Position numbers and translations under genes: made by a program | Shown here: piece after piece, positions 7,433-17,245 of the stretch | Layout: every line of letters starts with the position of its first letter | Position numbering within the stretch: the first letter of the stretch is position 1 | Source of the DNA: an uncultured archaeon | GTDB taxonomy: Archaea > Nanobdellota > Nanobdellia > Pacearchaeales > GW2011-AR1 | NCBI GenBank assembly: GCA_902385635.1 | Contig: CABMGN010000008.1 | Span: forward strand, 9,956-73,955 | DNA: 64,000 nucleotides | Reading direction: 5' to 3' | Notes under the pieces: model-generated | The model's database searches: none | What the model was told of the DNA's origin: nothing | The model's input: the letters and a program-made list of their open reading frames with translations, nothing else

Positions 7433-9901
7433 ATGAAAATAGACTTCATCCCCATAGACTACGATCACTTCGAATTCAACAAGAGAGATATAATAAAAGT
7501 AATTGGCAGGACAGACAAAGGGAAGAGGCTCTGCCTTTTTGATGAGATAGACTCTTTTTTCTGGGTACTTCTAGACAAAAAATTATCAAAGGAGAAAATC
7601 AAGAGTGCAATAAAAAAAATAGAAAAAGTAAGGATAAAAGAAGAAGGTAAGGACATCAAGGCAATCAAAATAATTCCTGTGGAAAAGAACTTCCTAGGAA
7701 AACCAGTCACAGCACTAAAGATCTTCACAAAGAATAATGCCGAAATGAAAGTTCTAGCAAATAAAGTAGAATCAGAAAACTTCACAGTTAGGGGAAATGA
7801 TCTAAATATAATTACAAGATATATAATTGAAAAAGATCTAATTCCTAGTTACTGGTACGAAGTAGAAGGAGATATCTTGACAGAAGATAGTTTAGATTTT
7901 GGAGGAATACAAAAAAGTCTTGATGTGGAATTCTGTTTGAAGCTTAAAAAAACAAAAGTTTATGATCAATTTGAAAAGTCATTTAATCCTAAAGCAGTAG
8001 CATTTGATATTGAATGCGACGATATCTCCTTAGGAGAAGGAGAAATCCTTATGATATCTCTCGCTTCTTCTGAAGGATTCAAAAAAGTCTTAACATGGAA
8101 AAAACCAAGTCATGGTAGAAAACCAGAATATGTTGAAATACTCAAAGATGAAAAAGAGATGCTTGAAAAATTCTCAGAGTACGTAAGTAAGATTTCTCCA
8201 GATTTTTTAGTGGGATACTACTCTGATCACTTTGATTTTCCATACATAAAAACCCGTGCAGAGAAATTAAAAGCGAAGATAAACCTCGGGATTGACGGCT
8301 CCGGATTAAAACTAACTAAAGGAAAGAACGTGGCCGGAAAAATAAAGGGGATAGTTCACATAGACCTGCTTAATTTTATAGATACAGCCTATTCACAGTA
8401 TATGCAATCAGAAACTCTCTCCTTAAATGAAGTTGCAAAAGAATTTCTAGGAGAAGAAAAAGTAAAGTTTGAATTCAAGCATTCTTCAAAAATGGAAGAC
8501 TCTGAATGGGAAAAATACTACGAATACAACCTACATGATTCTGTATTAACTATAAAACTGTTCGAAAAGATGTGGCCAGATCTAATGGAATTTTCAAGAG
8601 TTATTCAAGAACCAATCTTTGAAGTATCGAGAAATGGTATGTCAAAAAATGTGGAATCCTACATACTACACAACCTAAAACAGTTTAATGAAGTTCCTGA
8701 AAAAAAACCAGAACATGATGAACTTTCCGAGAGAAGAAACAGAGAGAGATATGAGGGTGCGTTTGTATTCGAACCAATTCCAGGACTTTACGAAAATATA
8801 GCAATGTTTGATTTTACAAGCAGTTACGGAAGTGTTATTGTTACATACAATTTATCAAAAGCAACCTTACTAGAAAAACCAGAAAAAGATGCTTATTCTA
8901 TTGAAACACTCGGGAAAAAAGTTTACTTCTCGAAAAAACCCGGATTCCTCCCAGAAATACTAAAGGAGATAATTTCAAAGAGAAAGCAATTCAAAAAAGA
9001 GCTAAAAGAAAAACCAGATGCAATAAAAAAAGCACGCTCAAATGCATTCAAACTTTTAGCAAATTCTTACTACGGATATCAAGGATTTTTTGGAGCAAGG
9101 TATTACTGTGTAGAAGCGGCTGCGGCATCTGCAGCTTTTGCAAGGAAAGCAATACAAGAAGTTATAGAAAAAATAACAAAAGAAAAACATAAAGTAATCT
9201 ACTCAGACACAGATTCTATCGCATTTCTTAGAGGAAAAAGCTCGCATGAAGAAATAAAAAAGCTTCTTGAAAAAATAAATAAAGGACTTCCAGGAATAAT
9301 GGAACTTGAACTAGAAGGTTTTTTCAAAAGAGGGATCTGGGTTACAAAAAGAACAGGAGAAATTGGGGCAAAGAAAAAATACGCTCTTCGAGGTGAAGAT
9401 GGAAAACTAAAGATTAGAGGATTTGAAACAGTTCGAAGAGACTGGTGTAAATTAGCAAGAGACACCCAGAATAGAGTTATCCGCTTGGTTCTAGACGAAG
9501 GTAATGAAAAAAAAGCACTCGAGTATGTAAAAGAAGTAATAAAAAAATTAAAAGAAAGAAAAATAGACAAAAAAGAAATTTTGATCAGAACACAACTCAA
9601 AAAACCTCTTTCAGAATATAAAGCAATTTCCCCACACGTTATCGCTGCAAGGAAAATGATTGAACAAGAGATACCTATAGCTCACGGTAGTTTAATAGAG
9701 TATTATATAGCAGAAACTCTAGAAAAGAAGAAACTAGTTAGAGAGAAAGTTAAACTGCCTGAAGAAAAAGGAGAGTACAATCTAGAATACTACCTTACAA
9801 AACAGATTCTTCCTTCAGTTGAAAACATCCTTCAGGTCTTCAATGTGGAAACAAAAAATTTAGTAGAAGGGAAAAAACAGACAACATTAGGAGATTTTTA
9901 A
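7433..9901 (+). CDS. polB: Family B DNA polymerase
   Basis: Exo I DIE, Exo II FDFPYI, motif A DFTSSYGS, KLLANSYYGY, YSDTDS, KKKYAL, GFETVRRDWC, PIP QTTLGDF. Confidence 0.97.
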   Translation: MKIDFIPIDYDHFEFNKRDIIKVIGRTDKGKRLCLFDEIDSFFWVLLDKKLSKEKIKSAIKKIEKVRIKEEGKDIKAIKIIPVEKNFLGKPVTALKIFTKNNAEMKVLANKVESENFTVRGNDLNIITRYIIEKDLIPSYWYEVEGDILTEDSLDFGGIQKSLDVEFCLKLKKTKVYDQFEKSFNPKAVAFDIECDDISLGEGEILMISLASSEGFKKVLTWKKPSHGRKPEYVEILKDEKEMLEKFSEYVSKISPDFLVGYYSDHFDFPYIKTRAEKLKAKINLGIDGSGLKLTKGKNVAGKIKGIVHIDLLNFIDTAYSQYMQSETLSLNEVAKEFLGEEKVKFEFKHSSKMEDSEWEKYYEYNLHDSVLTIKLFEKMWPDLMEFSRVIQEPIFEVSRNGMSKNVESYILHNLKQFNEVPEKKPEHDELSERRNRERYEGAFVFEPIPGLYENIAMFDFTSSYGSVIVTYNLSKATLLEKPEKDAYSIETLGKKVYFSKKPGFLPEILKEIISKRKQFKKELKEKPDAIKKARSNAFKLLANSYYGYQGFFGARYYCVEAAAASAAFARKAIQEVIEKITKEKHKVIYSDTDSIAFLRGKSSHEEIKKLLEKINKGLPGIMELELEGFFKRGIWVTKRTGEIGAKKKYALRGEDGKLKIRGFETVRRDWCKLARDTQNRVIRLVLDEGNEKKALEYVKEVIKKLKERKIDKKEILIRTQLKKPLSEYKAISPHVIAARKMIEQEIPIAHGSLIEYYIAETLEKKKLVREKVKLPEEKGEYNLEYYLTKQILPSVENILQVFNVETKNLVEGKKQTTLGDF

Positions 9902-9907
9902 ATAAAA

Positions 9908-11590
9908 ATGCCTGAAGAAAAAGAGACCCTAATAACAAAGATTTCTAAAAGATTAGGTCGAGGAACAAAAAGAAGATTTCGAAACAGAATTATAGAAGGC
10001 CCAATTATTAAAACAGGGGTAGCGGCTGGCGGAGCAATGGGTATCGGAGCAATAGCCTCACCAGAGCAGTCTTGGAAAGGATATATCTTAAGCGGCCTTA
10101 AATCAGTTTATGAAATTCCAGAAAGAATTTATCACACAATAACCGGCGCAGAAAAAGTAGTAGAGAGCGCGAAAGATATCCAAAGAGCAATAGAACCTGC
10201 CCAGAAAGATCTTGAAAATTTAATAGGATCAACTGAAAAAGTAAAAGAGGGATTAAAACAGTTCAGCCCAGGAGATATCATACATGGTGGAAAAGAAGCC
10301 ATAGACAATGCGCTAAACCTCAGAGGGTCTGGTGAACACGCAATTAACACCATACAACAGCATGGAGAAGAGGTAACTAAGTATGTACAGCATAGAGTAG
10401 GAGATTTAGCAGATATGGTTCAGCATACACTTCATAATCTTTCAGAAGATCCTGCCCGCGCACTAACTGCAATGGGGCTATTTACCGCAGCCGGAGCACT
10501 CGGGGGTTATGCTATTGCAAAAAGAGTAAAAAAAGCCAAGAGACTTAAAAGAATCGTCGGAGAAGAAGATACAACCCTCGGAGAAGATGCAATTTACGGA
10601 GGAAAAGTTTTAATGACAAAACTAAGCGATCTTATCAGCTTAGGAATAATAAGCTATAACTTAGGAAAAGAAAGCCTTTATTCAAAAGCGAAGTTAGTTG
10701 GAGAGCAAGTAAGAATGGGAATCTCCGAAACAATGAAGCATAGCGGAGAAGTCTCAAGTGGATTAGGAGATTATGTAAACAAAGGTAAGGAAACAGTCAA
10801 GCTGGTAAAGGATATTGGAAAAAATATATACAATTATTTTACAGGTCAACCCCAAGTAGATGTTAGCGAGCATATTGAAAATATACAAAGAGGGGGTCGC
10901 AGCATAGAGAGTATCATAAACTCAGCAGACCAAACAATAGAATCAATAAAAACAACACTAGAACATGTAGAACGAGCTCCAGACCTATTAAAAGATACTC
11001 CCGGAATGGAAAAATATCTTGAGTTTTTACGAAGAACTCCTGAAGGAATTGAAAAGTTATACGATCTTGGAAGACAAGTAGCAGAAACAGGCATTCATCC
11101 CGAACAGATAAGAAACTCTTACGGACCCGTAGCAGAAATGATTGCAAATGCTGCAGTAAATATTTACCAGCACCCAGCAGAAAGCCTTGGGATGGTTGCA
11201 ACAGTTGGGTTAATAGGAAAAGCTGCGCCACAAGTAGTTTCATACATTGCGAATACAGCACATGATTATTTGTTAGCAAGAAAAGAAAGAAAAAAGAAAC
11301 TTCTTACAGGGGTTAGAGAAAAAGTCAGAGAAGTTCAAAAAGCAACAGACCATTTCTATAAAGAAAGTAAAGTACAAGTAAGAATTGGTTTAGGTTTATT
11401 TGTTTTATCTCTCGTAGCTTTTAAGTTCACAATGAATGGATTCGCAGTTTCGGAAGTTTCTAATAAGTTAAACCTAATCCCCCTAGTATTATTCATCTTA
11501 GCGCTTTGTGTGGGTTATTTAGGGATATACAAAAGAAAGAAAGCAAAAAAGATACGGAAAAGGTTAAAAGACATTCTAAACTCTTATTAA
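9908..11590 (+). CDS. Large helical hypothetical membrane protein with internal duplication
   Basis: 560 aa; two related helical modules each ending in a hydrophobic segment and basic patch; two C-terminal TMs. Confidence 0.75.
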   Translation: MPEEKETLITKISKRLGRGTKRRFRNRIIEGPIIKTGVAAGGAMGIGAIASPEQSWKGYILSGLKSVYEIPERIYHTITGAEKVVESAKDIQRAIEPAQKDLENLIGSTEKVKEGLKQFSPGDIIHGGKEAIDNALNLRGSGEHAINTIQQHGEEVTKYVQHRVGDLADMVQHTLHNLSEDPARALTAMGLFTAAGALGGYAIAKRVKKAKRLKRIVGEEDTTLGEDAIYGGKVLMTKLSDLISLGIISYNLGKESLYSKAKLVGEQVRMGISETMKHSGEVSSGLGDYVNKGKETVKLVKDIGKNIYNYFTGQPQVDVSEHIENIQRGGRSIESIINSADQTIESIKTTLEHVERAPDLLKDTPGMEKYLEFLRRTPEGIEKLYDLGRQVAETGIHPEQIRNSYGPVAEMIANAAVNIYQHPAESLGMVATVGLIGKAAPQVVSYIANTAHDYLLARKERKKKLLTGVREKVREVQKATDHFYKESKVQVRIGLGLFVLSLVAFKFTMNGFAVSEVSNKLNLIPLVLFILALCVGYLGIYKRKKAKKIRKRLKDILNSY

Positions 11591-11592
11591 GA

Positions 11593-12195
11593 ATGTCAAA
11601 ATTAAAAACCATTATTAACGAACTAGAGGAACACATCCCCTTTACAGCTTCTGCTTCGCTTATTGCGATAATTATTGTTGCTTTAATTTTCTATTTTAAC
11701 CAAAATTTTCTTCTAGAAATAAGTAAATCATTCGAAACATTTCACGGTTTGCACATCTTTGCCTCTGCAATAGTCTCAACAGGAATTTTTTATAAATACA
11801 AAAAGAAGATCTTTAGTGCAATTTTAGTTGGAATCCTTTCTTCAATTATTATTGGTAGTTTAAGTGATGTTATTCTCCCTTACGCGGGAAGTTTAGTTTT
11901 AGGGCTAAAACCCGAATTCCACCTTCCGATAATTGAGAATTTCTTAATAATTTTTGGCGCAGGACTAATTGGATGTATCTTTGGATTACTAACCGGTCTA
12001 ACAAAACTACCCCATTTCTTACATATTTTTCTCTCAACAGTCGCGAGTTTATTTTATATAATCCAGTACTCAACATTTACCCTAATTTCCTTTATAGGGA
12101 TCTTTTTTGTGCTTTTCATAGCAGTAATTATTCCTTGCTGTACAAGCGACATTGTTCTACCAATCTTATTTCTAAGAGGAAAACATAAACATTAA
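11593..12195 (+). CDS. Multi-pass membrane protein with His/Cys motifs
   Basis: HIPFT, FHGLH, PHFLH, PCCTSD in hydrophobic context; ATG11593 follows previous stop. Confidence 0.75.
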   Translation: MSKLKTIINELEEHIPFTASASLIAIIIVALIFYFNQNFLLEISKSFETFHGLHIFASAIVSTGIFYKYKKKIFSAILVGILSSIIIGSLSDVILPYAGSLVLGLKPEFHLPIIENFLIIFGAGLIGCIFGLLTGLTKLPHFLHIFLSTVASLFYIIQYSTFTLISFIGIFFVLFIAVIIPCCTSDIVLPILFLRGKHKH

Positions 12196-12236
12196 TTAGA
12201 CTAAATAGTTTTAAACTGGTTTCTAGTTCTAGATGA

Positions 12237-12695
12237 ATGGCAATGCCTTGTCCGGAGCCAACAACCTACCAAGTGACAAGAAAGTGTTTTCTAATAGAAA
12301 GTTTTCCCCCTACTTTTGAATATCTTTTAAATGAAGGATGGAAAAACGCGGGGGATATATGCAGAAGGATCTATGATTCAATACTAAAAACAGCTGAAGA
12401 AGTAGGATACGAGCCGGCCATAACCGGTTTAGCAGAAGGAAGAATTGAGGGGGATAATAAAAAGGTAGTTGAAACAGTAGAGGTGTTCGGATCTTTAGAA
12501 CTACTTGCGAGTATTTGCGCTGGCAGAGAGCTTTCTATAGATTTCTGGAAAGAAAATAGAGAAAAAGTAAATGTTGCTAGGCTAAATCTGGTTAAAGAAG
12601 GGAAGCTAGTATTAACCGTGCTGGAAAATAGAAATTCTCCAATAAATTCTGCGGATTTAGTATTAAAGCTAAAGGATCTCCTTGTTGCAGCATAA
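12237..12695 (+). CDS. Hypothetical protein
   Basis: 152 aa ORF with own TATA near 12210. Confidence 0.65.
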   Translation: MAMPCPEPTTYQVTRKCFLIESFPPTFEYLLNEGWKNAGDICRRIYDSILKTAEEVGYEPAITGLAEGRIEGDNKKVVETVEVFGSLELLASICAGRELSIDFWKENREKVNVARLNLVKEGKLVLTVLENRNSPINSADLVLKLKDLLVAA

Positions 12696-12723
12696 TTATA
12701 AACTAATTATTCCATAGAAATTT

Positions 12724-13701
12724 ATGGAGAGAATTAAGAAAAACTTAGAATTAAAACCCCTATTTCTAGAAAGAATAAAACTCCTTCTTCCGGATGAAAA
12801 CGATCTTGAAGGATACCTAAAAATACTAAAAGTTGAGCCAGTAAGATCTATACGTTGTAACAAGCTAAAGATTTCTCCAGAAAAACTAAAAGAAAACTTA
12901 GAAAAGAAAGGTTGGAAAATTTCTCAACCATTCAAGGAGTATCCCGAAGTTATGATTGTTGAAAATAATCTCAGTCCCGGAGAACTTGGGAGGTCACTAG
13001 AACACCTATTAGGTTATTATTACGTACAAGAGTTAGCAAGTATGCTCCCAATAATCTGTTTAGCCCCCGGAGACAAAGAAACTATCCTTGACTTATGCGC
13101 CTCTCCGGGAAGTAAAACAACACAAATAGCCGCAGAGTTAGAAAATCGCGGATTAATCATAGCAAACGAACCACAAATGGATCGGCTACGGATCTTAGCA
13201 TCTAATTTAGAAAGATGTGGGGTAACAAATACCATAATCACAAGAAAAGATGGGCGTTCTATATGTAAAGATCTAAAAGAAGCAAATATAGAATTTGATA
13301 AAATACTTGTTGATGCCCCGTGCTCTGGAGAAGGAACTCTTAGAAGTTCTCCAAAAACTTATTTAATGTGGAATATAAAAACAATACAAAATCTTCCGAA
13401 GATTCAAGAAAGACTTTTTTCAGAAGCCTTTGAAACCCTAAAGGTTGGTGGAGAACTAGTTTACTCTACTTGCACCCACGCACCAGAAGAAAACGAGGGA
13501 GTTGTAAATGATATGTTAGAAAAGTTCGGAGAAAGAATAAAAATAGAAAAAGTGAATATTCCCCTAAAGAAGGTCAGACCCGGACTAACAGAGTGGCAAG
13601 GTAAAAAGTACTCAAAAGAGGTAAAAAATTGCGCGCGGATTTATCCTCACGACAATAACACAGAAGGATTTTTTATAAGTAAATTCCGGAGAGTAAAATG
13701 A
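12724..13701 (+). CDS. NOL1/NOP2/Sun (RsmB/RsmF) RNA m5C methyltransferase
   Basis: DLCASPGSKT, DKILVDAPCSGEG, YSTCT, EENEGVV, EGFFI. Confidence 0.95.
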   Translation: MERIKKNLELKPLFLERIKLLLPDENDLEGYLKILKVEPVRSIRCNKLKISPEKLKENLEKKGWKISQPFKEYPEVMIVENNLSPGELGRSLEHLLGYYYVQELASMLPIICLAPGDKETILDLCASPGSKTTQIAAELENRGLIIANEPQMDRLRILASNLERCGVTNTIITRKDGRSICKDLKEANIEFDKILVDAPCSGEGTLRSSPKTYLMWNIKTIQNLPKIQERLFSEAFETLKVGGELVYSTCTHAPEENEGVVNDMLEKFGERIKIEKVNIPLKKVRPGLTEWQGKKYSKEVKNCARIYPHDNNTEGFFISKFRRVK

Positions 13702-13997
13702 CCTCAACACTTAAAAGAATAATTTCAACAGCCTTTTGGACAATCTGGATTTTGATTGGGATCCTAATAATATTCTGGGATTTACTCTGGCTAATAAAAA
13801 TACTAACATATAAACCAGAAGTGGTTCCCTCATTAGTTGGCTTAGTTACAACAACCACGGCAAGCATTGCAGCTATGTCTGCCTTACTAATTTATGGCAT
13901 AGCTTTCCTTGTTGCTTACATAGTTTTAACAGTAATTTTCTTACTAATTAAAAGACATAAGAGAAAAAATGACAGAATATCTAAAAGTACTAAATGA
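13698..13997 (+). CDS. Small membrane protein (2 TM)
   Basis: ATGA overlap with upstream gene; two hydrophobic helices. Confidence 0.65.
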   Translation: MTSTLKRIISTAFWTIWILIGILIIFWDLLWLIKILTYKPEVVPSLVGLVTTTTASIAAMSALLIYGIAFLVAYIVLTVIFLLIKRHKRKNDRISKSTK

Positions 13998-14448
13998 AAA
14001 AGAAACAGAGAAAATTCTCTCTCAGTTAAAAGAACAATTTGAGATAAAGGAAATTCCGGGGAGATTAGTTATGCGTGGGGCAGATAGAATTTTTCTCTTT
14101 ACTGGAAAGATTTCAAATAAAGGAATAGCTGATCTAGAAAAAAAGGTTCCAATAGAAAGGGCAGGAGTCTATTTTGCCAAGTGGGAAAATGAACAAGTAA
14201 GGCTAAGCATAGAAGGAACGCAAATCCTCGGAGAACAAATAAAAAAGAATAGGTTTAATCTAGAAACAGAAGAACAAGTTGAAACCTGGATGTCCGGGCA
14301 AGAACTTTTAATTCAAACTGGGTTGAAAGGAATTGTTGCAATGAAATACAAAGAACATTTTTTAGGTTGTGGTAAAGCTTCGGAAAACAAAATATCTAAT
14401 TTCATCCCTAAAAATAGAAGATTAAAATTAAAAACAACAATAATCTAA
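13969..14448 (+). CDS. NIP7/RsmF-C-terminal-like (pre-PUA/PUA) protein
   Basis: RLSIEGTQI, FLGCGK, NFIPKNRR; adjacent to NOL1/NOP2 methyltransferase. Confidence 0.65.
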   Translation: MTEYLKVLNEKETEKILSQLKEQFEIKEIPGRLVMRGADRIFLFTGKISNKGIADLEKKVPIERAGVYFAKWENEQVRLSIEGTQILGEQIKKNRFNLETEEQVETWMSGQELLIQTGLKGIVAMKYKEHFLGCGKASENKISNFIPKNRRLKLKTTII

Positions 14449-14455
14449 GATTATA

Positions 14456-15112
14456 ATGAAACTAAATGTCTCATTAATTAAACAGAATAAAAGTTCAGTA
14501 GACTGTGGATTAGCGGGAATATCAATGCTCCTGAAGTACTACGGAATTAATAGGACTATTCAAGAGCTAAAAAGAGAAATAAAGGTTTACCCTGGGTTAG
14601 GAACTTATGCTCCCCAGTTAGGTACATATTTGCTAAAAAGAGGATTTGAAGTAGAAATAGTTACAATGAATCCATACTTATTTTGTAACAAATTAAAAAG
14701 AAAAAGTCAAAAAGAATTGTATAACTTTCTAAGTGAAAAGTATAAGCAATCCAAAAAACCTAAGTATAAGAAACCATTAAAGTTTTTTAAAGAGTTTATT
14801 GAAGCAGGAGGAAGCATAAAGGTGAAAATTCCAGATGTAAAAGATATAAAAGAAGAGATCTCAAAAGGAAGACCCCTATGCGCGCTAATAACTTCAAATT
14901 TTTTATTAGGTGAAACACCTGTTTTTAATTTCCACTTTAATGTGGTTACTGGGATAGATAAAAAATACATTTATGTAAATGATCCTCTTTGGGATTACCG
15001 GGGGGGCAAACATAAACATCTAATTAATGATTTTTTATATGCAATTTATGCGAGTGCATATGGAGATCTAGATAACGCTTCTCTTATAAAAATTAAGAAA
15101 ACTACCAAATAA
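14456..15112 (+). CDS. C39-like cysteine peptidase
   Basis: Q-x5-CG (QNKSSVDCG), HFNVVTG, VNDP: Cys-His-Asp triad. Confidence 0.8.
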   Translation: MKLNVSLIKQNKSSVDCGLAGISMLLKYYGINRTIQELKREIKVYPGLGTYAPQLGTYLLKRGFEVEIVTMNPYLFCNKLKRKSQKELYNFLSEKYKQSKKPKYKKPLKFFKEFIEAGGSIKVKIPDVKDIKEEISKGRPLCALITSNFLLGETPVFNFHFNVVTGIDKKYIYVNDPLWDYRGGKHKHLINDFLYAIYASAYGDLDNASLIKIKKTTK

Positions 15113-15113
15113 A

Positions 15114-16013
15114 ATGTCAAAAAAGTCACTCTGGATTTTAATTCCCTTAGTAATAATCGCAATCTTTATTGCACTAGTAATAATAGGCACTCTAACTAAA
15201 GAGAAATCTCCCTCAAGAGTGGGAAATAATCAACAACAGATCTCTGGAGACTTAACTAAAGGAGTTTCACTCTCACCTATTAGTTTTTCGGGGAATGATT
15301 TTACTAACTTTTTTACAAAGGCGAAAGAAGTGGGGGGTTTAATTAGTTGGGCCGGAAACTGGGAGGAGCTAAAAAATAAGAACTCTGCCCCCTATGTTTT
15401 AAGTTCTCTCTCAGAACAGTATAAATTTAAGCCAGTTATCATCACATCTATTCCAGATTCATATTCTGAAGATTACAAGAGTACAATAGTTAATTTTGTA
15501 AAAGAAAATAAGCCTGAGTATCTGGCTGTTGGTAACGAGATAAATAATAACTATAAAGAATCCTATCCTATGACTTTTTCAAAAATTTATGAAGAGATAA
15601 AAAAGGTTTCTCCGGAAACAAAAGTATTTACCATATTCCAGTTAGAAAAAATGAAGCAAAGCGATAACTGGGACATATTGGATGATTTTCCACAAGCAAA
15701 CTTGATAGCATTCACAACCTACCCCGAAATAATTTATCAGGAAACTTCACAGATTCCGGACAATTATTATTCAGAGATCCAGACACACACTGGTAAGAAG
15801 ATAGCATTCACAGAAGTTGGTTGGTCTAGAAAGGAAAATCAGCAAGTAGAATTCATACAAAAGTTTTCAGAAAAAGTCTCCCCCACAAATCCGGAATTCA
15901 GGATATGGCCATTTTTGTACGACCAAAACATTCAAGCACCATTTAATATTATGGGCCTTTTAGAAAAAAATCAGGAAACAAGCCCGGCATTTGAAGCCTG
16001 GAAAAGAATATAA
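15114..16013 (+). CDS. Membrane-anchored clan GH-A-like glycoside hydrolase
   Basis: N-terminal TM; acid/base VGNEIN and nucleophile FTEVGW motifs. Confidence 0.7.
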   Translation: MSKKSLWILIPLVIIAIFIALVIIGTLTKEKSPSRVGNNQQQISGDLTKGVSLSPISFSGNDFTNFFTKAKEVGGLISWAGNWEELKNKNSAPYVLSSLSEQYKFKPVIITSIPDSYSEDYKSTIVNFVKENKPEYLAVGNEINNNYKESYPMTFSKIYEEIKKVSPETKVFTIFQLEKMKQSDNWDILDDFPQANLIAFTTYPEIIYQETSQIPDNYYSEIQTHTGKKIAFTEVGWSRKENQQVEFIQKFSEKVSPTNPEFRIWPFLYDQNIQAPFNIMGLLEKNQETSPAFEAWKRI

Positions 16014-16035
16014 AACAATTATTTCTAACAACAAC

Positions 16036-17031
16036 ATGACAGAGAAACAATACGGAGGAAAAACTGGTAGGGAAGGAAAAACAGACACAAAACCCAAAAC
16101 CCAAGTTACAACTCCAAAAACAATGGAGAAAAAAGATAAAAAAGAGAAAACAACAAAAGAAACTTCCTCAGACATGGCCCACTCATTCAAAAAAGCAAAT
16201 GAGATAGCAGAAGAAATAAGAGAATTTACCAAAAAGATTGTAAAGAAAGATATCCCCCTTCTAGAAATAGCTGAAAAAATTGAAGCAGAGATTATTCGCC
16301 TTGGCGGAAAACCCGCATTTCCAACAAATCTTTCAATAAATGAGATAGCCGCGCACTATACTCCAAGTTATGACGATAAAACTCTAGCGCGTGGGTTACT
16401 AAAAGTAGACTTCGGGATTCAAGTAAATGGGTGGACATCAGATAATGCACTAAGTATTGATTTAGAAAACTCAGAAGAGAATAAAAAACTAATTCTAACA
16501 GCAGAGATTGCTTTAGAAAAAGCAATTGATTTAATAAAAAGAGAAAAAGAGAAAACAAGTTTGTCTGAAATCGGGAAAGAGATTCAAACAAGCATAGAAA
16601 AAGAAGGATTCAAACCAGTTGTAAACCTTTCTGGTCATGAAATAGATCTTTACGACTTACATGCAGGTCAGACAATACCTAATGTAGACAATAAAACAAA
16701 TGCCGAAATCGGAAAAGGAATAAAAGCAATTGAACCGTTTTCAACTACCGGTGTTGGAAAAGTTCACGACGGAAACTTTTCAGGAATATACTCACTAATA
16801 GATGGAAAAACACCCAGAATGCTAAAAGCAAGAGAAGTTTTGGAATTCATAGCAGAAGAGTATCAAACTCTTCCTTTTTGCTCCAGATGGATTCATAAAA
16901 AGTTTGGATCAATTGGAATTTTAGCATTGAAACAGTTAGAAGAAAATGGAAATTTACACCACTTTGCACAATTGATTGAATCAAGCAGAGGAAAAGTCGC
17001 GCAAGCAGAAAGAACAATTCTTATTGATTAA
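16036..17031 (+). CDS. map: Methionine aminopeptidase type II with Lys/Thr-rich N-terminal extension
   Basis: AFPTNLSINEIAAHYTP, KVDFG, LSGH, LHAG, AIEPF, VAQAE. Confidence 0.95.
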   Translation: MTEKQYGGKTGREGKTDTKPKTQVTTPKTMEKKDKKEKTTKETSSDMAHSFKKANEIAEEIREFTKKIVKKDIPLLEIAEKIEAEIIRLGGKPAFPTNLSINEIAAHYTPSYDDKTLARGLLKVDFGIQVNGWTSDNALSIDLENSEENKKLILTAEIALEKAIDLIKREKEKTSLSEIGKEIQTSIEKEGFKPVVNLSGHEIDLYDLHAGQTIPNVDNKTNAEIGKGIKAIEPFSTTGVGKVHDGNFSGIYSLIDGKTPRMLKAREVLEFIAEEYQTLPFCSRWIHKKFGSIGILALKQLEENGNLHHFAQLIESSRGKVAQAERTILID

Positions 17032-17215
17032 CTGACATAACTTTCTTTTCTATAGATGATTCCCCAACAGTAGTTCCGCAAGCGCAGTTGTAAATAATAC
17101 AAAAATCCCCGCCCCCTAAAGGTTGAGTCCCCCGATAGTAAAAATATTTTGGTTTTTGATTCAAACAATTTTTATGGGTTCCATACAAAAATAACTCAAG
17201 TTGTTTTCCTTTCAT
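17021..17215 (-). CDS. Small Cys-containing hypothetical protein
   Basis: ATG17215, TATA near 17240; 4 Cys including CAC; fills gap between map and cdc48. Confidence 0.5.
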   Translation of the reverse strand: MKGKQLELFLYGTHKNCLNQKPKYFYYRGTQPLGGGDFCIIYNCACGTTVGESSIEKKVMSVNQ

Positions 17216-17245
17216 AAAAGTGAACAAAGAAACTAATTTTTAAAT

